A stretch of 64,000 nt of DNA from NCBI GenBank assembly GCA_964016885.1, contig OZ024740.1:166222001-166286000 (forward strand), given 5' to 3'. Origin of the DNA: Eledone cirrhosa (Eukaryota). Of the stretch, positions 26,136 to 40,793 are shown one piece after another. The position numbers and the translations under genes were made by a program. Under the pieces are notes generated by a model that saw nothing but the letters and a program-made list of their open reading frames with translations, was not told the origin of the DNA and searched no databases. Every line of letters begins with the position of its first letter. Position 1 is the stretch's first letter.

Positions 26136-27734
26136 TCTGGACTTTGCTCTCTGCTTGGCAATTTTTTGGTTAAAAGCATAAACCAATACCGATGTATACT
26201 CTCTCCAGCACCAACATCCTTGATGTAGAGGTAAGCCACTGGCTTTCTAAAGCCCACGATGCTTTTGTTATCCTGCAGAAACACCCGTAGTCACAGACAG
26301 ATATCAGTGTGCGCAGAAACGTTGAGGTGTATCAATCATGTGAGCTTACAGCTGCGATGTATGGATGTTAGACATAAACAACATATTGTTAGCATATCCA
26401 GATACTGATGTGCTGTAGCGCGATTGCCTATCAAGCATCGAGACCATGGTCATGAAATTGTATTCTCGCACGCCTAAAGGACAGCAAGTCACATAGTACT
26501 CCTAAAGGACAGCTATCTTCCAAAATATGAAATTTTAATTTGATGATAATTGAATATGACTTGTGAATACATGTAGTTTTGAGGAATAACTACGTTATTA
26601 TGCGGCTTCGCAGTATTGAAAACAAAATATCCTGCAGATTCATCCAATTTAGCATTGTGGATTTTCATCTACATCTCACTATATCCTTTCTCCTGAATGT
26701 TCACAACGTCGGGAAAGAACTTGTCAGAATAAGCTATCCAGGCAGTAGAGCGCGAATCCTTGTTCGATGTTTTCAAGGTGACTGTCATGAATATCAGAAT
26801 TTGGGAATCTCGTTATATTGATCATTTTGATACTCTCAGAAACTACAAAATACTTACTTGTTGTAAAGATTGCGGGTTGGTAATCTCAAACAACGGGACA
26901 CTTGAATTTATGCTAGCCTCTATCAAATAACTATATTAAAGGTTTTAGCATGGAACTATTATACAAGGATCTCCTTCACAGTGTTCAATATGAATATAGC
27001 CACAAAATAGCAAAAGAATTCCTATTTCACAAACACTTTAATTATATCACGTACGACTTCCCAGAGTCGATCTGCCTATTCAGAGGATTTAGCTTTTCCG
27101 AAACGGTAGTATCTATAAACAGTCTCGGGTAGTATTGAAACTGATAGTACAGAATCTATGTGAGCATATTCAAAATGTCCAGCTTTTACATTCATCCAGA
27201 TCAAGGGCGAGAAGATTATCTGCATACTCATAACATTTCATATGAAAACACAGGGACAATGAATAAGAATATAGTCTAATCGGAACCTCAAAAAAGAAAA
27301 TAGAACATCAATGGATCTCTAAATTTCATTTTATTCCAAACGGATATATTCCACTCAGATAACGAGATTAATTAATCAGACAGCTGTGATATTAACAAAT
27401 TGATATTTGAGAACATTGCTTTTTGACAGCTAACATCATGAAAACTTCAACTTAATGATCAAGAGGTTAAAAATATGTTGTAGAAATTCTGCCTTCGTTC
27501 ATTTATTAGCCAATTGATCACGCACATGATACATATGGGGGGAAATGCAGAATATTCAACTCACAACAGCCAAGAGACTATCATTCAACTGGGACAGCAA
27601 AACGGGTTCTTAAACACGTAATAATGGAAAGAATTACAAATGGAAACAGGAAAGGACACGTTATAGGCATGATGTAGTACATGAAGGCCTGAAATATACA
27701 TAAACGTTCGACAAAAAATAAGTTTAATAGTAGA

Positions 27735-28655
<921 letters not shown>

Positions 28656-28764
28656 TATAAGGAAAAGAAAATGCTGACAAATTGTTCCCGGTGAAAAATA
28701 GTTTAATTAGGAATAAGTAAGAATTAGTAATAAGTATTGGTTAGTATTCAGTTTTGGTTTTAAG

Positions 28765-28801
28765 TTTTTACCGGTTGCGCATTCCTAATGCTTTTCAAAA
28801 A
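28765..28801 (-). ncRNA. Variant minimal hammerhead (U3-A8, GCAA) in left pLTR
   Basis: Minus strand: TTT-TTGAAAA-GCATT AGG AATGC-GCAA-CCGG-T-A^AAA. Confidence 0.6.
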
Positions 28802-29074
28802 TAATTTTGAGATAGAGCGCCCGTGATGTTTGCTCTAATCTGATTAGTTTTGGAAATTCTACCTGTTTTATGAGAAAAAAGTGTCTCCAGATGTATTAAA
28901 ATAAGTTTCGCGCCAATTCGTGTTGCAAAAATTCTTGTGGTCAAAACAATTTTGATTGGTCGGTAGAGGTCATGTGAATGTTAAAAATTGATTTTGCGCC
29001 AAATGTAGGTCTGTCTCGGCTTATTGAGAAGTCACTGAGAAATAAGTATTTCAAGACAAATATGTGTGTGTGTG

Positions 29075-29130
<56 letters not shown>

Positions 29131-29253
29131 TGTGTGTGTGTGTGTGTGTAGTAGTAGTAGTAAAGAGGTTCATTGTTGTGATAATTGTCAGTAGCGACGT
29201 GTGTGTGAATTGCAGTCATGTTGACAGGTCAACAGTTCAGGTGCCTATTAAAA

Positions 29254-29320
<67 letters not shown>

Positions 29321-29428
29321 CAGAGTAATTCGTGGTAGAAGAATCGGTCAGTAGGAATGTGTATGTACGTGTGTGGGGGATATTTTAACATGTTAAAAGT
29401 TATCTTTCAGCTCTTGTCTTATACGGAG

Positions 29429-29466
<38 letters not shown>

Positions 29467-32376
29467 CTCTTTGTATGTTAGTGTACGCGTGTATATGTGT
29501 GTGTGTATATATATGTGTGTGTGTGTATATGTGTGTATGTGTGTGTGGGTGTGGGTGGACCAGCATTTTTGTGATACTTGTAAAAATGGTGTACATTATT
29601 CGATATTTTCAGTAAAAACGATTCTCTGAATAGAACATCATAAACCTTAATAATAAAAGATTTGAAATGATATATAGTATTGTCATAACACCAAGGTGTG
29701 TGTGAGTGTCCAGATTGTACGTACTGCAAGGTGATACCATTAGGCCCTGCCGTATTGGAATACTTGTGTACAAATATGTATGTGCCCATCAGTGTGCAAT
29801 GCATTGTGCGTATATGTATGTGTGTGTGTCGGCACGTTTATATCTATAGACATCAAAAGGTATGCACATTTGTGTATATTTGTGTTGTACCATAGAACAT
29901 GTGTGTTTACGTATGTCATTGTGTTTATATGTGGATAGAGATGTATGTAGGATGTATGCTGATGTAGGTATGTATGTTGACGTGTGTATGTTGTGGGTTC
30001 GTCTTAGGGAGAAGTGTTTAGACGTGGTCCGTATTTTTTAATAAAGTGAGATTCCTTGCTGATGCGCTGGGTGTGGGTGGCATTATCTTTAAATTTGTAG
30101 AGGGAAAAGATTGTGAAGTTGGGATGATTTGTGGCGGCACAGGTATCAATGTGTTTACTCAGTGGTATTTTCCTGTATTCCCGTATTTGAATTTGGGATC
30201 TATGGACAGTCGTGCGTTGGCGGAAGCTGTTTTTGGTCTGGCCTATGTATTGTTCTCGAGAACCTGAGCAAGTTAATACATATATTAGATTTTTTCTGAT
30301 GCGCATGTGAAATTGTGTTTTACTATAAACGTTATCCTTCTTTGAAATAGAATTCCGAACCCTCTGTTAGGTTGATACATATGCCACAGTTGGGTCTATC
30401 GCATTTTTTTTCTGTGGGTTTCGTTGTTGTGTTGGTAGTACTTTGGCATGTGTTAGGATGTTCTTCATTGACTTAGATTGTCTTTTGCTCTTTATGATAT
30501 CGTGTGTTCGTAGGATTTGGTTCATTCTATGGTCCTTTTTTAACACAGGGATGTTCTGGAGGATGGTGTCAAAGGTCTCATTGTTGAGGGGGTTGTGTGT
30601 GGAGATGTATGGAAGAGATTTTAGTTTCGCTTGATTTACTTTAGGATGTCTAAGGTCCTGGGTACTGAGTTTTAGGGCACGTTGGATTCCATTGTCAATT
30701 AGTGATGCAGGGTAGTCCCTGCCTATGAGTGTGTCCTTTAGTTCTTGTAGCCGTAAGTAGCAGATTTTTTTATTGGAGACTATAGTACAGATTCTCTTGG
30801 CTAAGTTGTAGGGAATATTAATTTTAACGTGTCTAGGGTGGCAAGAGTTGAAAGGAAGATATTGCTTGGAGTCTGTGGGCTTGAAGTATATGTTTGTTTC
30901 TATTTTTTTTATATAACCTATACTCCAACATCCCCCACGACCTAGGAATAGAAGCTATCCAATTCTGGTTGGATAATTACCACAATGAACTCACACAACG
31001 CATCAACAAAGAATCGTGATAGAGGGACTCAATTTTATCTTGGAGAAAAATTACTTCGTTTTCAATAACAATTCCTACAGGCATAAATCTGGGACCGCTA
31101 TGGGAACGAAAACAGCCCCTACTTATGCCAACCTAGTCATGGGATACCTGGAAATCATCCTCTAAACTAAAGTACTAAACAAATTTGGAAAGACTCTCCA
31201 CTTACACATTGAAAGGAACTGGAAGCGATATCTAGATGACTGCTTCATCCTTTGGCACGAACACATCGAGAAACTTAAAGAATTTCATACCCTTATAAAT
31301 GGGCTCAAGACGAATATTAACTTTACGATGGAATACAGCCATCAACAACTCCTCGTCCTCAACATCCTCATTAAGATTCATAACAAAAAAATAGAAACAG
31401 ACATATACTATAAGCCCACAGACTCCAAGCAATATCTTCCTTTCAACTCTTGCCACCCTAGACACGTTAACATTAATATATGTATTAACTTGCTCAGGTT
31501 GTCGAGAACAATACATAGGCCAGACCAAAAACAGCCTCCGCCAACGCATGACTGTCCATAGATCCCAAATTCAAATACGGGAATACAGGAAAATACCACT
31601 GAGTAAACACATTGATACCTGTGCCGCCCCAAATCATCCCAACTTCAGAATCTTTCCCATCTACAAATTTAAAGATGATGCCTACCACACCCAGCGCATC
31701 AGCAAGGAATCTCACTTTATTAACAAATACGGACCCCGTCTAAACACTTCTCCCTAAGACGAACCCACAACATACACACGTCAACATGCATACCAACATC
31801 AGCATACATCCTACATACATCTCTATCCACATATAAACACAATGACATACGTAAACACACATGTTCTATGGTGCAACACAAACATACACAAATTTGCATA
31901 CCTTTTGATGTCTATAGATATAAACGTGCCGCCCCACACACATACATATACGCACACATGCATTGCACACTGATGGGCACATACATCTTTGTCCTAATGG
32001 ATTCCCCTTGCAGTACGTACAATCTAGACACTCACATACACCTTGGTGTTATGACAATACTATATATCATTTCACACCTTTTATTATTAAGGTTTTTGAT
32101 GTTCTGAAAATATCGAATAATGTACACCATATTTACCAGTATCACAAAAATACTGGTCCACCCACAAACACGCACAGATACACACACACGTACACACACA
32201 CACACACATATATACACACACACATACACACGCGTACACTAACATACAAAGACACACACACACACTTGTCTTAATAGGCACCTGAACTGTTGACCTGTCA
32301 ACATGACTGCAATTCATACACACATCCTTACTGACCATTATCATAACAATAAACCTCTTTACTACTACTACTACTA

Positions 32377-32433
<57 letters not shown>

Positions 32434-32678
32434 TATTTGTCTTGAAATACTTATTTTTCAGTGACTTCTCAAACAGCCGTGACAAACCTACATTTAGCGC
32501 AAAATCAATTTTTAACATTCACATGACCTCTACCGACCAATCAAAATTGTTTTGACCACAAGAATTTTTCCAACACTTATTTTAATACATCTGGAGCCAC
32601 CTTTTTCACATAAAACAGGTAGAATATCCAAAACTAATCAGATTAGAGTAAACATCACGGGCGCTCTGTCTCAAATTT

Positions 32679-32716
32679 TTTTTTGAAAAGCATTAGCAAT
32701 GCGCAACCGGTAAAGA
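32679..32716 (+). ncRNA. Variant minimal hammerhead (U3-A8, GCAA) in right pLTR
   Basis: TTTT-TTGAAAA-GCATT AGC AATGC-GCAA-CCGG-T-A^AAGA. Confidence 0.6.
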
Positions 32717-32899
32717 CTTAAAACCAAAACTGAATACTAACCAATACTTATTACTAATTTTTAATTATTCCTAATTAAACTATTTTTCACTGGGAACAAT
32801 TTGTCAGCATTTTCTTTTCCATTTACCAATATATCATAACTCGTGTGTTACACCTCTATTCTATTAAATATATATGTATATATATATATACATACATAT

Positions 32900-33882
32900 G
32901 GTTTAGGATGATGGTATGGACGAAACAAGAGCAGAAAGAATCCTTCGTCAGCTGTAATCCACGATCCAGATGTTTCAGCACTTATTTACGGGACATCTAT
33001 AGCGATCAGCGGTGCAACCAATGCTTTTCCCTAAACAAAAGGCCAGGAGGAACAGAAGAGAAAAAATAAGGAAAAAGAAGGCAAAGAGGAAGAAGGACAA
33101 CGGGGAAAGGTGTTGAGGAGAGAGGAAGAAAGAGAAAAATGAGAAAAAAGAGAAAAAAACAGGTAAACAGAACTCACCGTGGGTTGTTGCAGGACAATGG
33201 GACATGTAAGTGAGTAACCGGGAAAAAAATACGATAAGTAAGTTATAGCAAACCTGGTAGACATAAGTCTGGTAGAATGCGCTAACGAGAGGCCAGTTTT
33301 AGCGTGTAGACTCAATCGCAGAAGAGAGAGAGAGTGCGAGAGAGAGATAGGGAGAGAGTGAGGGAGAGAGAGAGAAAGAGAGAGAGAGACACGGAGCAAC
33401 CGCAAGTGAGAGGGAGAAGGGAAAGGGAGGGGAGATAATCTAAAAGGGGTTTTACCATAGTGTAAAAGATCGCGACCAGAGGAGTTTTACGACATGTGTA
33501 AACATGTCAGCGATAAAAACCGAACGGATGGATAGAGGGAGGGAGAGAGAGAGAGAGAGAGAGATAACGAGAGAGAAGAGAGGAAGAGGAGAGAGAAGGG
33601 TAGAGTCGATGCGAAAGTGTGGTAAGACCACAGTTCGAACAAAATAGGTAGCGGAGGGTCAAAGCTGTAAATACAAACGATAAGAAACGAAAAGAACTGT
33701 GTGATTACTAAAAACAAGGATTAGGATGGTGGTATGGACGAAACAAGAGAAGAAAAGAAGAAAGAATCATTCGTCAGTTGTGATCTGCGATTCAGATGTT
33801 TCGGCGCTTATTTACAGGAGAAATATAGCGATCAGCGATGCGCCCAAAGCCTTTTCTTAATCAAAAGGCCAGGAGGAAAAGA
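32900..33882. repeat. ~160-bp diverged direct repeats (32900-33060, 33720-33880) around a GA-rich spacer, flanked by (TA)n
   Basis: TTAGGATG.TGGTATGGACGAAACAAGAG...AAAAGGCCAGGAGGAA occurs twice. Confidence 0.75.
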
Positions 33883-34218
33883 AATATATATATATATATA
33901 TATACACACAATATGTATTATTTAAAGTTAACCTCTGTATATCTCCATTTCACTCTTTCAAAAAAGTGCCGATGTGAAAGTTGAAATGCATACAACCGTG
34001 GATTGACACCGTCAAAGAACATGCCGTATATATTTTCATATATGAGTTGACGTGACAAATTATTTTCAAAAGAAAAGAGATTCGGGATGCTTTAAAAATT
34101 GAATTGCATTGCACACATTGATACTTAGCATTGTTTATATTTGATTCCACAACAGACATTTATAGTCGAAATCAATTGCAGCGAAACTTTATATTACATT
34201 ACTTCCTACTGTCTTATG

Positions 34219-34252
<34 letters not shown>

Positions 34253-34272
34253 TAGATATATATATAGATATG

Positions 34273-34346
<74 letters not shown>

Positions 34347-34540
34347 CGTGCGTGTGTGTGATTGTGTGTGCTCAATAAAGACATGACACGAACACAGACA
34401 TACTAATATATATATATATATATATATATAAATGGAAAAAATGAAACTAAATTTCATTTCTCACTCTTAGTACGGCTGTTACTTAAATATAATATGTATA
34501 CATATGTATACATGAATATGTATATATATATACATACATG

Positions 34541-34607
<67 letters not shown>

Positions 34608-34611
<4 letters not shown>

Positions 34612-34791
34612 GTATGGATTTACCGAACATTTATTATAATGCAATAAGCTGGAAACTAGTACATCGTTCCTTTGTCAGTGTTAAACAAAAGGGCAACGAT
34701 GGTTGCTAAACCCTGTACGGCTTAATTCGGGATGTTTGTTTACAAACAAACCGAGCATTATAATAAATGTTCGGTAAATCCATACGTACAT
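34608..34791. mobile_element. MITE-like or fold-back element with ~35-bp perfect terminal inverted repeats, in (TA)n
   Basis: GTACGTATGGATTTACCGAACATTTATTATAATGC / GCATTATAATAAATGTTCGGTAAATCCATACGTAC. Confidence 0.8.
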
Positions 34792-34871
34792 ATATATATA
34801 TGTGTGCATGTATGTATATATATACATACTACTGTATGTCTGTATACCTATATGTATGTACGTATACATAC

Positions 34872-34948
<77 letters not shown>

Positions 34949-34970
34949 CGTATACATACTTATATATCTA

Positions 34971-35044
<74 letters not shown>

Positions 35045-35850
35045 CGTACGTGTAGGTGTATTTGAACGAGAAAGAATGTGATACAATAACACGCAGGTAA
35101 TGCGTGATATTGTAATACCTTCTTGATTCATTATATAAACTATCCGACGTCAATAGCAATCACGCTAACTTTATGATAGCGTGTTAGCACGAAAATATTG
35201 TCAAACAAATTATATACGATAAGGAATATAAGATGAAATAAAATAAAAAAACACACAATATTTAACACGCTACAACAAAATATCCAAATGATATCAGCTA
35301 TTTATTATTTAATATATCAAATATAAACAACAAAAATGAGATTTATAAAATAGGAAATGTATTGTGGTGTACGATAAAAGCTACCTTTTAAGAATTTCCG
35401 ATTTTTTAAAAATAATTGTTGAATTTTGTTATTTAAGTGGAACATACGTCTTTTTTTGTTATCCTATTCTATTTACGTATTTCTGTATATCTTTATTTTT
35501 TATTATTTATTTTTTATTATTTCTTCGCCAATCTGGTTTTCATTTCCTTCAGAAATTTACTTACATTCAGTTTAGTGTGTTTTCTGTTGGTTTTGTAGAA
35601 ATAAACGTCCGTCTTGATATCCCACTTTCCACCGAAATAGTACATCGAGCCACTATTAGCTCCCCGCCTCCGTTCCATAATACACTCTATGGTTTTCCCA
35701 GTCGTTTCTTCGTTTAGTAATTGTTTTTTTTCGTTTTTTTTTGTTAGGCTTTGTCTTCCTTTCACAAGCTTATTTGCAATGTCTCTCTCTCCACCTCCTC
35801 ACTTTCTTTATTTGCCGTTCCCTCACTCCATCATCATCATCATCATCCTG

Positions 35851-37698
<1,848 letters not shown>

Positions 37699-37719
37699 AT
37701 TTTATTATTATTATTATTA

Positions 37720-37942
37720 TTTGCATTTATCTTGCTTTATGTTTATACGAGTTATCACCAAGTCACAACCAGTGACCTCAAGAGACAACAAGGTCCGCCA
37801 TGTTCAAGAAAGAACACACATATTCACACATGCATCCTTAGTGTTTAGACTTGTGATGTACTTATATTGACAGGATCTTCCTTAGTATATGGGCAGTTCC
37901 CATTAGTACTATCTTTTGTATTTCTCCTATACGCGGGTTTCC
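37720..37942 (-). mobile_element. R4/Dong family A 3' fragment
   Basis: Near-identical to 36040-36280 apart from a ~20-bp deletion. Confidence 0.9.
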
Positions 37943-38000
37943 TGGGATTTGCGATAAGTAGTTATTATTATTATTATTATTATTACTATTGTTATTGTTA

Positions 38001-38488
38001 TTCCTTGAATCTCAGTCATTGATGTTGGTTAACTGGAAAGTCCGTTGGATTGAATATCAAGCCACTACCTGCAGCCTCAGATATTCAGGACGTATCGGAG
38101 GGTTCTTGCCGTTCCAAGCAAGCATGCCTTTTGAAGCGTTCCAAAAAGCGTGAAGGAGCCGATTTTCTTTAACCATCCCTGGAAACCTTTGGAGATAGTC
38201 CCCAGTGCGCCTATGACAATCGGGATCACTTTGACTTCATGGCAGTTCCAAATCCTTTTCACCTCCCACTTTAGGTCCTGGTATCGGTTAATTTTCTCCC
38301 TCTCCTTCTCTTGCACTCTCGTGTCGAACGGGCAGGCCACATCCACAATCAGGCACGATCTTTTTTCTTTGTCCACAACCACCAGGTCAGGTCTATTGTG
38401 TTCCAGTTTTTTGTCCGTCTGTATCCTAAAATCCCACAGCACCTTCACCTGACTGTTCTCCATCACCGCCTCTGGCCTATGCTCATAC

Positions 38489-38490
<2 letters not shown>
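38001..38490 (-). mobile_element. R4/Dong family B 3' fragment (REL endonuclease)
   Basis: LWDFRIQTD..HNRPDLVV..IVDVACP..KINRY..PIVIGALG. Confidence 0.92.
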
Positions 38491-38555
<65 letters not shown>

Positions 38556-38764
38556 GGCGACCTACGTAGTAAATCGTATCATCGTGAGCTCCGCAAAGGT
38601 TTGTTATTTCCGTTTGTTAAAAATTGCCATTTATGGAAAATTTTTATTGTTAACCATATATAAGCGCACATACATTGTTTTCCGAAAAGGACACCCAAAA
38701 AGATTGGGGCCTTGTGCCCAAAATTTAAACTTTTATTATTATCAAAAAATTTCTTTGAAAAGAA

Positions 38765-40759
38765 ATGGCTAATTCACCTCTGCACCAAGCAGCTGAAAGC
38801 CTTCCTCACAAATTAACACCTCACACCGACACCACCATTGTAAATGTTACTACGTTTGCCAACACAAAAAAAAATATAAGCAGTAGCAATATTTTAAATT
38901 TGTCTCAGGCAGACATTCATTTCCCGCCATTACCAATGACTGCAGGTGTTAAAGCCTCCACCACCACCACCACCCCGACAACCACCACCCCCACCACCAC
39001 CGCGACAACAGAAACAAAAGAAGAAAAAAATAAATTAACTCCTGATGTCGAAATGAAATCAAGCAAAATGGACTCTTCCCCACCAAAGACGACTGACGTC
39101 ACCACCACCACAACTGAAACTAAAATTAATATTAACACAAATAATGATAGCAACAACAACAACAATGACATTATAACCCCCCCCCCTCAGTTTCGCCAGA
39201 GTAGCAAAACAGTTCGAAGCATTTACGGTAACTCAGGCGGATTTAGAAAATGCCAAACAAATGGTAAAGAAAGATGGGTACAGGGTCAGCCTCACCCCCC
39301 ACCTAATAAAATGGAGCATCGGCGCCTATGCACCGTGTCGTATCGAACAATAAATGTAAAATCGCGCCAAGTGGAACGGGCATCCGAGTCCCAAATCCAA
39401 AAAGCTTTGGGACATGTGTGGACAAGAAAAACCCACATCAGACGTGGGCAAAAGTATGGAACCGTGGACGTGTTCTTTGAAACACCAGAGGAGGCTAGAG
39501 AACACTCCATGGCCCCATTAAGAAGTGACGACTTCACACTCGTCCCAAGCTATTGTGGCCAGAGACTCGTAAAGATCAGGGTGACCCACATTCCACCGGT
39601 CATCGAAATTCCCTGGCTAATAGCGGCCGTCCTCGCCGGCATCGAAGCCAACACAAAAATAATAGCAATAGCAAAAGAAAAGCAGGAGAACTGGTCCGGA
39701 TCTGGGATGGAGTTCCAGATCCAAGCAGACCAAAAAAGCATTGAGGAGATCCCAGAGGTAATAGACCTCACTGACGGCAGCCACCTCACGGTAATTGTCG
39801 AGGGCAGAAGACCTAGGTGTGTCGTTTGTGGTGAAGGAACCCACCTAAGGGCTTTCTGCCCTCAGGCTAAAAGGTTGAGGCCACCTCTCCTACCCACCCC
39901 AGTGACACAACCATCAACACCACCAGTAGCAGATATGGCAGCAACAACTGTAGCAGCAACAACAGAAGCAACTATAAAAGCAACAACCCCAGCAACAGTA
40001 GCAAAACCAACACCACCACCACCACCAGCAAAACCAACACCACCACCACCCAACACTTCAGAACTAGCACCAGCGCCTACACCATCCACCACGCCACAAC
40101 CAAAACTAACGCCCGTGGAGGATGTTCCACTCCCAGGCCTATCACAACTGGAGACAGATTGTGACGACGAGGAGTGGGAAACGATATCCGGAAAAAAAAA
40201 AGAAACCAAAAAAGAAAAAAATTCTCTTCCTTTCCCCTCCAAAAACAAAATACAGAGGGAAACAAATAAATTAAAAAACAAAAAAGTTAGGACAGATATG
40301 CCACCATACACACCAGCATCACCAACCCCATCAACCCAAACACCAACACCATCACCATCATTAACCCCAACGCCACCATCACCTACACCACAAAAGTCAC
40401 CAAAATGCGAAACAGAAACAAACCCACAACAAACGCAAACAAAACAAAACAACCAAAACGATACACACTACACAGCATTAAATTTGAACAACAAGCAATT
40501 ATTACACTACATCCAACACAACACCAGCATCACAGAAAAAGACTACACAACAACCCCAAAATTCACACCACCTCCACGCATACAAATCACTCGCATCACA
40601 CAGAAAACGTATATGACACTAAAAAAAAAATTCCCCAAAGACATCGGAGACTTCCGACAAGCACTCTCCAGGAGGATTTATAAGGACATCCTTCATGAGG
40701 AGGCCACAAGCAGTGAAAATGATGGAAAAACCGTCCTTCCCCTACGAGAAGTAAGGTAA
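38765..40759 (+). CDS. Tx1 ORF1 (gag-like, CCHC zinc knuckle, Pro/Thr-rich)
   Basis: CVVCGEGTHLRAFC; intact 664 aa. Confidence 0.88.
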   Translation: MANSPLHQAAESLPHKLTPHTDTTIVNVTTFANTKKNISSSNILNLSQADIHFPPLPMTAGVKASTTTTTPTTTTPTTTATTETKEEKNKLTPDVEMKSSKMDSSPPKTTDVTTTTTETKININTNNDSNNNNNDIITPPPQFRQSSKTVRSIYGNSGGFRKCQTNGKERWVQGQPHPPPNKMEHRRLCTVSYRTINVKSRQVERASESQIQKALGHVWTRKTHIRRGQKYGTVDVFFETPEEAREHSMAPLRSDDFTLVPSYCGQRLVKIRVTHIPPVIEIPWLIAAVLAGIEANTKIIAIAKEKQENWSGSGMEFQIQADQKSIEEIPEVIDLTDGSHLTVIVEGRRPRCVVCGEGTHLRAFCPQAKRLRPPLLPTPVTQPSTPPVADMAATTVAATTEATIKATTPATVAKPTPPPPPAKPTPPPPNTSELAPAPTPSTTPQPKLTPVEDVPLPGLSQLETDCDDEEWETISGKKKETKKEKNSLPFPSKNKIQRETNKLKNKKVRTDMPPYTPASPTPSTQTPTPSPSLTPTPPSPTPQKSPKCETETNPQQTQTKQNNQNDTHYTALNLNNKQLLHYIQHNTSITEKDYTTTPKFTPPPRIQITRITQKTYMTLKKKFPKDIGDFRQALSRRIYKDILHEEATSSENDGKTVLPLREVR

Positions 40760-40793
40760 GTGGTCTTTCCCATCTTTTCCACTCCTTTTTAAC

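Noticed and set aside
39862-40452. Long antisense ORFs over the LINEs (also 45841-46413, 46938-47645, 2284-2844)
   Set aside because: Shadow frames of low-complexity or coding sense strands.
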